Shown one piece after another: positions 38,840 through 48,086 of a stretch of 64,000 nucleotides of DNA. Under the pieces are notes generated by a model. It did not search any database and had not been told where the DNA came from. It worked only from the letters and a program-made list of their open reading frames with translations. A program made the position numbers and the translations under genes. Origin of the DNA: an uncultured virus (IMG/VR IMGVR_UViG_3300021405_000011) (taxonomy: Duplodnaviria > Heunggongvirae > Uroviricota > Caudoviricetes); IMG/VR virus record IMGVR_UViG_3300021405_000011, one strand, 5' to 3'. Position 1 is the first letter of the stretch, and every line of letters starts with the position of its first letter.

Positions 38840-39595
38840 ATGGCTTTCAAGCTAGGTAAACTCGCCCCCAAGCACCACCTGAAAACTCTCTCATTCGAGA
38901 AATATCTTCTCCCGGAGGCGTTACCGGCTCCTCCGGGGAAGGTGTTTAGGGAGTATAAGGTCCCCGAAGACCAGTGGGAGATGTTTGGGAATGACCAGTA
39001 TGGGGATTGTACGTGTGCGGCCAAAGCTCACATACTGATGTTGATGACGGCTCACACGGGTACTATGGTCGTCCCAACACTAGATGATGTACTAACCATG
39101 TATGAAGCTGTTTGTCCAGGATTCAGCCGCGTCACGGGAGCCAATGACAATGGTGCCGCTATCACGGATACCCTCAACTATCTCCAGACAACTGGTATGG
39201 CTGGGCATAAGATTTTAGGCTGGGCTGCCGTACCTGCGAATAATCCAGTCCGTATTCGTCAGGCTATCTACATCTTTGGAGCCGTAGACACGGGTTTCCA
39301 AGTACCTCAGTCAGCCCTAGACCAGACCGGTAGTGGGGAGACTTGGGATGTTGTGCCCAATGACGGTGGAATCCAAGGTGGACATGACGTACCGTATTTT
39401 GGAGACGGGTCAGCGGGATATTCCTGTGTGACTTGGGCCAAGAATCAGAAATTGACGAATGCCTTTGAGGCCCAATACTGTGATGAGTGTTATTGTCTCA
39501 TTACGGAAGACTGGCTTAACAACGCTGATGGGATAGCACCTAACATGCTGGACCTCGACCAGCTTCAGGCTGACCTAAAATTAATCGCTGGATAA
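38840..39595 (+). CDS. Papain-like cysteine protease family protein
   Basis: GNDQYGDCT (Cys), GGH.V (His), VTW. GGAGG RBS. Confidence 0.7.
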   Translation: MAFKLGKLAPKHHLKTLSFEKYLLPEALPAPPGKVFREYKVPEDQWEMFGNDQYGDCTCAAKAHILMLMTAHTGTMVVPTLDDVLTMYEAVCPGFSRVTGANDNGAAITDTLNYLQTTGMAGHKILGWAAVPANNPVRIRQAIYIFGAVDTGFQVPQSALDQTGSGETWDVVPNDGGIQGGHDVPYFGDGSAGYSCVTWAKNQKLTNAFEAQYCDECYCLITEDWLNNADGIAPNMLDLDQLQADLKLIAG

Positions 39596-39816
39596 CCTAC
39601 ATTCTATCGCCAGTAGTATAGACTCCTCCCAATCCCTATCTCTCTCCACGGATGTCCTACTAGGCGGCATAATCCAGCCATTGGCATCCAGGCCCCAACC
39701 GCGTTTCTTCATCTCTGAGATAAATTTGGTACGGTTAAATTTGTGCCTACCTCTCTCCAGAATACCTCCTCGCGGGTCCCCTGTGGGATTCACGTCACTG
39801 CTGTCGCAGCCCATAT

Positions 39817-40083
39817 TTATCCTCTCCCATATTTTTTCCTGAACTTGGATATTACCCTCTCTAGCGACACTCCACTCATCTCACATACATCTTCCAAGTC
39901 GATACTTTTGACCGTGAGCCAGATGCGGCCCCTGATTCTAAGACGCTTCCTATCGACGCCATTTACCAAATTGAGCCCCTCGGCGTCCTCTCTAGCGCGT
40001 ACCAACACTCTCATCCAGAGTCTTCTACAGCAGTCAAACTCAGAGGTATATTCAATGGGAGAGGGTAATCCCATGTTTCCCAA
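39817..40083 (-). CDS. Hypothetical protein
   Basis: RLW..VL.RA.ED ... W ... VCE..G pattern seen in small phage proteins. Confidence 0.5.
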   Translation of the reverse strand: MGNMGLPSPIEYTSEFDCCRRLWMRVLVRAREDAEGLNLVNGVDRKRLRIRGRIWLTVKSIDLEDVCEMSGVSLERVISKFRKKYGRG

Positions 40084-40143
40084 CTTAGGCGCAATTGGGA
40101 GAAAATGTCAAGGTCCCAAGTGTTTAGTTTGGGACCCTGGATA

Positions 40144-40308
40144 CTACCTCTTCTTAGCTCTCTTCCCGCGCTTTTTGCTTGCGGGATTATGTCTGTGACC
40201 ATTCTTATTACGATACAACTGGAGCTTCCTTGCCACCTTGGGACGGTGTTCACAGTACATGCAACCTGGGACGTTCCCATGACGGCGGCGGTGAGCGTTT
40301 CCTGCCAA
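40144..40308 (-). CDS. Small highly basic protein (54 aa, not in ORF track)
   Basis: AAGGAGGT RBS then TTG. MAGNAHRRRHGNVPGCMYCEH...KKRGKRAKKR. Confidence 0.45.
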   Translation of the reverse strand: MAGNAHRRRHGNVPGCMYCEHRPKVARKLQLYRNKNGHRHNPASKKRGKRAKKR

Positions 40309-40607
40309 TGGACATCACCTCCTTTAACTACAGGTGTGCTGTCATTGGCTGCTCCTTTTTCATGGTGATTCTCCCTTCACAACATCAGACGAATACTATC
40401 ATATTTCTCACTCAGAATCCTCCTTAACATGCCCCGATTGATATCCATTCCCATATCGTTTGGACCCCAAATCCCTCACCTCCAACCATCTCAAGAAGTT
40501 CCTCCAACACAACTCGCATATCGTCCAATGTTCCCCGTGGATACCGTTGATTATCATGGAGTGGCTTTTGAGAGCGCCACAGGTGCCTCGGTGGGGGTGT
40601 TCGTGGC

Positions 40608-42532
40608 TCATATGGGAGTCTGGTCAGCCCAATTGGGGCCAAAGGTCACCTCACAAGGTATCACAAAGTTGGGCATCTCTGGGGTAGATATCTCTACTGT
40701 CTCCTGTATCCACTTTCCTACTACCTTGGATTCGTATTCACGGGAGACGTAATAGAGTATTTCATCATGGACTTGTAAAACCGGTAATAGTCTGGGATGG
40801 CTCTCAGCGTTAAGGAGGATATATTTAGTGACGTGGGCTACGGGATTGGAACCGAACATAGCCGCTGCGGTCTTCAAACGGTCAGTTTCATAACCGTAGC
40901 TGGAGAGTACGTATCCCGTCGGTGGCCTCACACACTTTTCACGTTCTACTTGTTTAGTTATGAACATCTGTAGGCCCCGTAACTTAGGAAATCCAGAGAA
41001 GTATTTCATGGTTACTTCGAGAGCACGCTTACGATTCTCCCAACTAGCGGAACCAAACGCACGCCTAGCTAAATTGATACCGGTAAATGTGACAACTTTT
41101 CCCCAGACACTCCAATCCGGGAAGGCTACTCTTACACCCTTGGATATTTCATTCTGGATACGGGAGGAACGGAGTTCAGCGGTAGTAAGGAGAATTAACC
41201 CTTCCATGTAATCGGTAGCATGGGTAACCGTCTTAGCGGCCTCTCTGGCATTCCCCATCTGGATAGCAAACGGGTCCTCTTCCTTAATTCCAATCATATC
41301 CCTCATTGCAGAGTGGAAGTCGGTATTGGGGATATCCTTATACCCAGCTAAGTGAAGGAACACTCTATTCTCGGCATTCTTCAAGTCAGCCCGGTAGAGA
41401 TAGTATCCCTCCGGCGCGACGATGGCTCTCCTAACCTTCTTACCGATACTTTCACCTGTGGCTCTATCCCGGCGGCGCTTAGAGACGTTTTGTAGGTTTG
41501 GATTGCTAGAAGCAAGGCGTCCTGTTGACGTGAAGAAGGACAGGTTACAGTGAATTGAACCTTCACTGTCAACGTATCCTGTCCACTCATTCTTCTCATA
41601 ATCGAAGATACGAGGCGCGAACCATCGGTCAGGGCCTTTACCCAACTCCTTGTAATCCAGGAGACTGGTAAGTTCGGGGTCGTCGGAGTCCTCTGAAGCG
41701 TCTCGAATAGTCTGTTCCTGGGAATTAGCAAGAGGGATACCCTTGGATTTGAAGTGGGCTACTATTTGCTGGGAGCTGTTGGGATTGAAGGGGAAGATGC
41801 CAGTGTTAGTGGAGTCATCCCAGTATTCCCTACATGCTAGTTGGAACTCTCCCCGTAATTTCTCCACATAGGGTACATCCACCAGTACCCCTCGTTCTTT
41901 CATCTTGGAGAGTACTACTTCTACATCACGATGCAAAGGATATAATGAATGGACGCCTAATAGTTTGGCCCTCTTGAGCATGAGGGGGAAGGCTTTGAGG
42001 GGCCAGTAGCAGTCGTTCCCGTTGTACCCGAACACATCACACTCCGGACAGGGACCGGAACAAGTATCCTCGCGGTGGTGTTTCCAGTTAGGGACAGAGA
42101 GGTAGAAGGAACACATGGCATAAAGATTCATCCATCCTCTACCACGTTTTTCACCCTCCTCATCGTCCGTTTTCTTAGTCCCCTTGCAGAGAGACATATT
42201 TGTAAGGAAGTGGTAGAGGATGGTATCCTCCACCCTCTCTATGGGAATATGAATACCCTCTTTTACGGCCACCGGAATATCAGCAGCCACAAGATTATGA
42301 CCGAGCAGATGACAATCAGGATATCTCTGAAGTAGATACTGAAACGGAGCTTTCCCGTCGCCATAGGGGACACTCACTGTGTGGTTGCCGTCGCTGACGC
42401 CTAGGATAGTGGGAGTGTTATCGCGGGTGTGCCACTCTAAAGGTCCCAGGAGAGATAAGGATTAGGTACCAACTCCCTTATCGCCGCTGGGTTCCTTTCG
42501 ACTAGGGGCCACGTTCTCATCACCTCGAACAT
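40608..42532 (-). CDS. polA: Family A DNA polymerase with 3'-5' exonuclease; frameshift near 42440
   Basis: TGRLASSNPNLQN, motif A ADLKNAENR, motif B R..AK...H...Y, motif C VHDE, ExoII GHNL..AD. The N-terminal 31 codons (42437-42532) lie in another frame. Confidence 0.9.
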
Positions 42533-42862
42533 TTACCATCCCTTTAATCGACAATACCTTCGACTAATCCACTTCGCCACACTGAACCAGAATCCCTTGT
42601 AGCACACACAGCAGTCGAACTCCGGATACCACATATCCACTGGTAGTCCGTCCCACTCCATGCACCAGTGGGCATAGGGACCGTTGAGATATTCCCCTCG
42701 CCACTTTTCACAGTCTTCTTGCCACGCTAGAGACCATTTCATATTTCCTCAGAATGTTGAGAGACAGGTTCCAACGATGGCGCTTCCTTTCTGCATCGAA
42801 AGATGCGTCAGCCGGAGTTGCCCAACCCGGACCTGTCTCTCTTAAGTGGGCTAGTCAGTCGT

Positions 42863-43390
42863 TTAATAGCTGAACACCGTAACCAAAAATATCCCCATCA
42901 GAATTACAATCGCAAGTAAGTGCGCCTGCCGTGGGGAACAGTCTCCATAGGAATCTTTTTTGTAGTCCACTGTCTGCCAAGTATCTTTACCCGTTTTGAT
43001 TCTACGGACCATACAGGTTTTACGGTAGGACCATATCCAAAGCGGAAGGAAGACGACTAACTCTATGGCTCCTCCAACTAGATGTACTATCTGGTCTCCG
43101 AGTATCTTCCATACCACAAGGACCATCGTGAGTTTCCCCACCCCAGTTTGGGCGAAGCTATTGGTCTGGACGGTCACGGCGGCTAAGGATGAATTGACTG
43201 CCTCCCCTACTTCCTTTCCCACTCCAGCCCACTCGTGGACATTTTCCCGCAGGTCATGTCCCTGTAATTTATTTAATTGGTCTTGGGTCAGCATACTTTT
43301 GGGAACAGTTACCTTCTCGTCTTGTGGAGTGTCTCCCAGCACTGGGACGGTTAGTAGAAGTCCCAGAAGTCCTATAGTTAAAATTTTCAT
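42863..43390 (-). CDS. Membrane protein with signal peptide
   Basis: N-terminal signal and further hydrophobic helices. Confidence 0.65.
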   Translation of the reverse strand: MKILTIGLLGLLLTVPVLGDTPQDEKVTVPKSMLTQDQLNKLQGHDLRENVHEWAGVGKEVGEAVNSSLAAVTVQTNSFAQTGVGKLTMVLVVWKILGDQIVHLVGGAIELVVFLPLWIWSYRKTCMVRRIKTGKDTWQTVDYKKDSYGDCSPRQAHLLAIVILMGIFLVTVFSY

Positions 43391-43399
43391 ATCCTCTCC

Positions 43400-44335
43400 T
43401 TAATCCAACCCCTTACTCTTCCCCTTCACCTTGGGGACCATCAATCCCAACATCTCCTTATATTGTTGCTCACTTATGTAAGTATCTATGTGATATTGGA
43501 CCTCCCCAGTAAAATCATCCTTAGCAACATCCGCCGCCCGGATGACAGGGAGGGCTGATTTGAGGAATATCTCCAGGGCTAGTTTAGTTGTCAACTTCTT
43601 GGGCTTCTTAACCTTCGGTCCCACTTTGATGGACATCCCACTTACCCTCCTCTCCTCACGTTTCAGTCTAGCATAGCCGGACTCAATTTCATAGTGACCA
43701 CACCATACTGTGGTATTCTCAGAATGCCCCAACCAGGCGTGACTGGCCTTACCACCCATTAATATCAGTACCCTCTCCCCCTGTAGGGAGAAATGTTTTG
43801 CCTTCTCTATAACTTTCAAGCAGACAGGCAATGGGGACGGCTCCCGCGAGATAGCACTTGGATGGAGGCATATAATGGCCACTGTTGGATTCCACTCCCT
43901 TAACTGTCCCCACCATAAGGTGGAGCAACAGGCTTCGGCTCTCTTTCTCACGTCACCAATAGGATAGGCAACGGTTCCATCAGGCTTTTTACCGGGATAA
44001 CAGTGGAGAGTATTCACGAGTCCGATGTCTATCCTATGTATCCCCAACGGCTCCAGCATCCAGGAGAATAAAGTGGCTCCAGCTTTCCCCACGACCGCTG
44101 CTCCAGTTTTGATAAACTTTTCCTCCAGAGTTGGATAGCGTTGTCTACGGCGGTTTAACTCCTGCTCTCCGTCTGATAGTTCCACGATAGGGAAAATAAT
44201 TTCACTGGTTGCCGGAGTTTCGAGTAAAGCGACTATCTTCACCTTATTGAAATCTCCAGACGGCAAGGCGAATCCAGTAGACTTACTGGCCAATGGGCAT
44301 TGGATATCCATACACGCTTGGGGTTGTCCAGACAC
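43400..44335 (-). CDS. Uracil-DNA glycosylase superfamily (family 4 / SPO1 polymerase-associated-like) protein
   Basis: C-x4-CPL, LETPA (for GEAPG), VG.AG, NTL.C.P, HPS. GTG start after GGGAG. Confidence 0.7.
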   Translation of the reverse strand: MSGQPQACMDIQCPLASKSTGFALPSGDFNKVKIVALLETPATSEIIFPIVELSDGEQELNRRRQRYPTLEEKFIKTGAAVVGKAGATLFSWMLEPLGIHRIDIGLVNTLHCYPGKKPDGTVAYPIGDVRKRAEACCSTLWWGQLREWNPTVAIICLHPSAISREPSPLPVCLKVIEKAKHFSLQGERVLILMGGKASHAWLGHSENTTVWCGHYEIESGYARLKREERRVSGMSIKVGPKVKKPKKLTTKLALEIFLKSALPVIRAADVAKDDFTGEVQYHIDTYISEQQYKEMLGLMVPKVKGKSKGLD

Positions 44336-44345
44336 ATACTCTCCC

Positions 44346-44390
44346 AAAAAAGAAAAGGGATGGATAGCGGGGTCATGTTACCCATCCCTT
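44346..44390 (-). terminator. Intrinsic terminator-like hairpin
   Basis: AAGGGAUGGGUA/UAUCCAUCCCUU stem followed by a U-rich tract. Confidence 0.7.
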
Positions 44391-44394
44391 CTCA

Positions 44395-45365
44395 CTACTA
44401 CTCCACCTGCTTGGGGAGGCAGAGTAACTTGCTAGTGGAGGTGCCCGATTGAACTCTTAGCACAGCTTAGGGTATCAACAGCAAGACTGTTCGCTTTCGA
44501 GTTCACACTCTCCACTAGTTCCGGGGGCAGTCCCAGACCCATTGAACCGTCTCCCATGGCCGACGTTCCATGTTGAGGTCTCGAACCTCATGCCCGACTT
44601 AGCGGGCACTCTAACACTATGCTTGTCACCGAAGCGACTGTCCTCTCGGACCTGTGTTTACCGCGAGTGCCCAAACTGTCCCTAGACGGTGAACTCGGTG
44701 GCTCAGTGCCGTCGCTTATGGGTGCCATCTTAACCTGACATAATCATCAGGGTATCCCACATCCGCCTCACCGTACTTCCGCTAGGGTAATCTATAGCCA
44801 CCGCGACCGGACGCTGTGCCAGTCAGAACGTTGACAATCAGCGACTACATACCCCATAGAACGCTCGCCCGTTCTGTCGATGGCTAACTTATTGGGGACT
44901 TGAAGACTATCTCCTTCCGACAAGAGTGTCTTCTTGGTGCGTCCCCAAACTCTTTGGCGGCGAGAGGAGCGACTCGCATTATATCCATTGCCACTGGCTC
45001 ACCCCTCTGTATCGTTAGCCCTGGCTAGTGAGCACCGCCAAACTTTAATAGACTGACAAGGTGGGAATCGGATTACGAATCCGTTGCTGATATCAGCACT
45101 CCCACCCTGTTGAGCCCTCGTTAACGAGTTCTGCACCGTTTCGGCCTCACGACCACAGGGACGGTGCCCGCTCTCTTGTACAAGTTTGGTGGAGGGTCAC
45201 TACGACCGTTTGTGGAGCCCTTCCATGCTGGACGGTTCAGCACTGACAGGATGAGTATCCACCCTGTTGAGATATTTGGCTACAGTGCTAACGTGCTCAC
45301 CACCTTCAATTCCCCTCGCAGTACACACGAGGGAGGTGCTAGGCCACTTGCATTTGTGGGCTAGT
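44395..45365 (-). ncRNA. Array of structured RNA modules / large ncRNA, family unknown
   Basis: No credible ORF. Consecutive stem-closed modules with UUCG and GNRA tetraloops and G-U pairs favouring the minus strand. Confidence 0.7.
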
Positions 45366-45385
45366 GTACCAATAGGTTAGTTTAC

Positions 45386-46129
45386 TTACTCGTTAAGCCA
45401 CAATCTACGATACCCTCTACCTTTATTAGGGTCATACCCCTTGAGCACATTCTCCGCGAAGGCCGGTGAGACGAATCGACGTGTTCTCAGTCTATCACTG
45501 AATTCACCGTCGCCACCTTGGGGCAGTAACAATGCCACACACTCAGTACCGGTACATAGTCCATTGAGGTACTCAGCCACTTGGACGAAGGTACGGGGAA
45601 CGTTAATGGACCTCACCTTATGGTCCTGTTCCTTGGCAAAACGGATTAGGGTCTCTAAGGTACCGTCCCCCAACTCGTTACCATCACTAGGATTCATACT
45701 ATGAGCGATAATGGCACCGGCCTTAGCGGCTTTACCATGATTACGGACAGCAGCGGCGTACTTTTGGTGCTCAGATGGAGTGGGACGGCCACTAGCACCT
45801 ATGGGACCCGGAGCCTTGGATAATGTCTCGGGGTCCACGGCGGGATTGTCGATATACTGTTGCGGGAGGAAGACGGTTAGAGCGTCGTCTCCAGCCGTGT
45901 CTAGGCTGGTATAGGATATTTTCAGCCATTGGGTGAGGGTGTCCTTGCTGCTCTCAACACTCACGCCAGTAATCCTTACTCTGTGGGCTTGGGGCACTGG
46001 AGCCGCCCGCATAGGTGCGGGAGTGTCGGGGAATAGGTCTATTTCACCATTCCCTACCTCGTGTCCCTCCACTTCTATGGGTTCCTCTGGTACCTCACGT
46101 TGCATTTGTGTGGCCTCGTCGTCGAACAT
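45386..46129 (-). CDS. Putative ssDNA-binding protein
   Basis: OB-like beta pattern (HRVRITGV...WLKISY), acidic N-terminus, downstream of Sak4-like ATPase. Confidence 0.45.
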   Translation of the reverse strand: MFDDEATQMQREVPEEPIEVEGHEVGNGEIDLFPDTPAPMRAAPVPQAHRVRITGVSVESSKDTLTQWLKISYTSLDTAGDDALTVFLPQQYIDNPAVDPETLSKAPGPIGASGRPTPSEHQKYAAAVRNHGKAAKAGAIIAHSMNPSDGNELGDGTLETLIRFAKEQDHKVRSINVPRTFVQVAEYLNGLCTGTECVALLLPQGGDGEFSDRLRTRRFVSPAFAENVLKGYDPNKGRGYRRLWLNE

Positions 46130-46177
46130 AGTCACCTTCCATTCTCTCCCTTGAATTTTCACTGCTACGAGTGTGTG

Positions 46178-46206
46178 AATGTACTCTTACCATGGAAACT
46201 TGTCAA
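46178..46206 (-). promoter_or_regulatory. Sigma70-like promoter
   Basis: TTGACA-17 nt-TACATT upstream of the SSB-like gene and RNA array. Confidence 0.65.
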
Positions 46207-46405
46207 GAGTTAATATTCGCACTGGATACGGTCGCGGCGTTGTAACTGGTACTCGCTTGGACGCCAGATTGGGTAAATTTGGCACCGGCTCTCAATAGTG
46301 CTCGTTGTGCTGCTGGCTCCTTTTGTAGGGCCTTCAATTCTTCCAGTGGTCCCCAGTCCATCGTTCTACTCCCTTGCTGCTGTCCACCCGCCCCCAGCAG
46401 CGGGG

Positions 46406-46627
46406 CTAGAAAGGGCGGACGATTATCTCCACGTCCTCTAGTTTATCGACGTGTGTCTCTGGGATAGCCCTTCCTGCCAAAACACTTACTTGGTCGGGAG
46501 TGGACGCCAACACGGACTTCGGTTCTATTAATACTTCTGATTTCGGTGTCTCCCCACGGTCGTTCTGTTCCTTCGTCGGCTTCGGATGGTACAGTACTGC
46601 GTACTCAAATAATCTACCTTTCGCCAT
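46406..46627 (-). CDS. Small protein ending in VRPF; probable -1 frameshift extension to 46203
   Basis: AAGGAGG RBS. Slippery C CCU UUC just before the stop. Confidence 0.7.
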   Translation of the reverse strand: MAKGRLFEYAVLYHPKPTKEQNDRGETPKSEVLIEPKSVLASTPDQVSVLAGRAIPETHVDKLEDVEIIVRPF

Positions 46628-47047
46628 CACTTTCCTCCTTTATCTTCCACTAGATATCCCTTCTCCTTCGCCTTCCTCAACGCATTCTCCTCTCTCAATA
46701 ATGCATAGTCAGCTTGGGGGACGATTATTCGTAGTCTACGGTGGCTGCGAGGTCCCCTAAAGACATAAGACGTGAATCCCGGAGACACTATCTCCACTTT
46801 GGCGCGGTTATGGACAATGGTTATCTCCCTTACGCGGCGACGGACAAGGGTGGACGGCCCCTGCCTCCCTTTTTCCATCGCTTACATCCAAGTGCCTCAC
46901 GATGTTTGGCGGCGTCGAGTGACAAGTGTAAGGGGCAGAATCTCGCGGCACCATACTTACGTTTCTTCCCGCAAGTAGAACAACGTCCGGCTCTAAGTTG
47001 ACGTAGACTCCACGCTTTCTGTCTGGGTACCTTTACTTTGGCGCGTT

Positions 47048-48031
47048 TCATGTCCCAACCTTTGCTGGCTCTCCCTTTTTAATCCTCTCCCAGATAGCTC
47101 TGAGGTCCAGTGGCTCATAGGGACGGATTATACCCTTACCCTCCAACTCCACAGGTAGTTTGTGTCTTGCGAACATGAACCGTTGGAAGGTGACATTCTT
47201 TTTCTGATTCTCGTCATATTCGGTTATGGACTCGAAGTCCTTCCCAGTAAGGAGACAGGCGTTGTTGGGTTTCTTTTTGTTGATGTAATAGATGTAGGAA
47301 TAATCCGACATAATTAAATTGGACATCGCCGGAGGAAGGTCAGGGAAGATAGACTCCTCTTGAGTGATGGCGTTTTCCCTTATCTTGCTTAGGGCCACGA
47401 GGGTAATGTGAATAGGCTTCCTGTTGAGGGTAGTAAATACAGAATCCATCTCCTTCAACGCGGCTACGTGCATCTTCCTGGGGTCCTTGTGCTCGCGGAC
47501 CTCGCCAGTGCCGGAAGTAAAGGTCTCGTTGTCCTTCAGCACCATGTCCTTTCCTTTAGATATGTCATCAATGATTAAGTAAGGTTCCGGTAACTTAGCC
47601 CAGTCAGGCCAGATAGTATCGCAGTAGGCCATTGCTTCGATGAACTCACTGGCGTTCTCGACCTTTACGTACTGAATACCTAAACTCTTAATAGGAAGTA
47701 GTTGGTCCTCACCGCGAGTCAGGATAATACGGGTATTCTCTGGAGAGCTGAATCTAGACGCAGTTACGGTCTTCTTACTATCTATTTCCCCATGGAGCAG
47801 TAATCGCATCCAAGGAGAGAGGATATCCTTGGTACTCTGAGTGCGTTCGGCTAACTTTTTGACGAGGGGAGATTGTCTCGCATTAGCCGTGGATACCTGA
47901 CTGAATATACTTTGGGGAGTGGTTGGCTTAACTGGAGTTACTACTGGAGACGCTGCTCCAGTAAACGGGGCTCTAGCCGCTTCAGCCGTCTTAGGTATCG
48001 GTGAGACTAGTGTTCTCTCTTCCTCGGTCAT
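47048..48031 (-). CDS. AAA_24 / Sak4-like ATPase
   Basis: LLLHGEIDSKKT (degenerate Walker A), YLIIDDIS (Walker B), next to nuclease and SSB-like genes. Confidence 0.65.
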   Translation of the reverse strand: MTEEERTLVSPIPKTAEAARAPFTGAASPVVTPVKPTTPQSIFSQVSTANARQSPLVKKLAERTQSTKDILSPWMRLLLHGEIDSKKTVTASRFSSPENTRIILTRGEDQLLPIKSLGIQYVKVENASEFIEAMAYCDTIWPDWAKLPEPYLIIDDISKGKDMVLKDNETFTSGTGEVREHKDPRKMHVAALKEMDSVFTTLNRKPIHITLVALSKIRENAITQEESIFPDLPPAMSNLIMSDYSYIYYINKKKPNNACLLTGKDFESITEYDENQKKNVTFQRFMFARHKLPVELEGKGIIRPYEPLDLRAIWERIKKGEPAKVGT

Positions 48032-48054
48032 TATCTCTCCCTAAGTGGGACATC

Positions 48055-48083
48055 AATATCCCACGATAATTTCGTACTGTCAA
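48055..48083 (-). promoter_or_regulatory. Sigma70-like promoter
   Basis: TTGACA-17 nt-GATATT with upstream TG. Confidence 0.55.
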
Positions 48084-48086
48084 TGG

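Noticed and set aside
42761..42839. Hammerhead ribozyme (CUGA...GAAA on the minus strand)
   Set aside because: The core reads CUGACGC rather than CUGANGA, and GAAA is not followed by a stem III partner.
44395..45365. Canonical tRNA cluster or CRISPR array
   Set aside because: No unit has D-loop, anticodon arm and T-arm in tRNA order, and there are no repeated 25-40 nt direct repeats.
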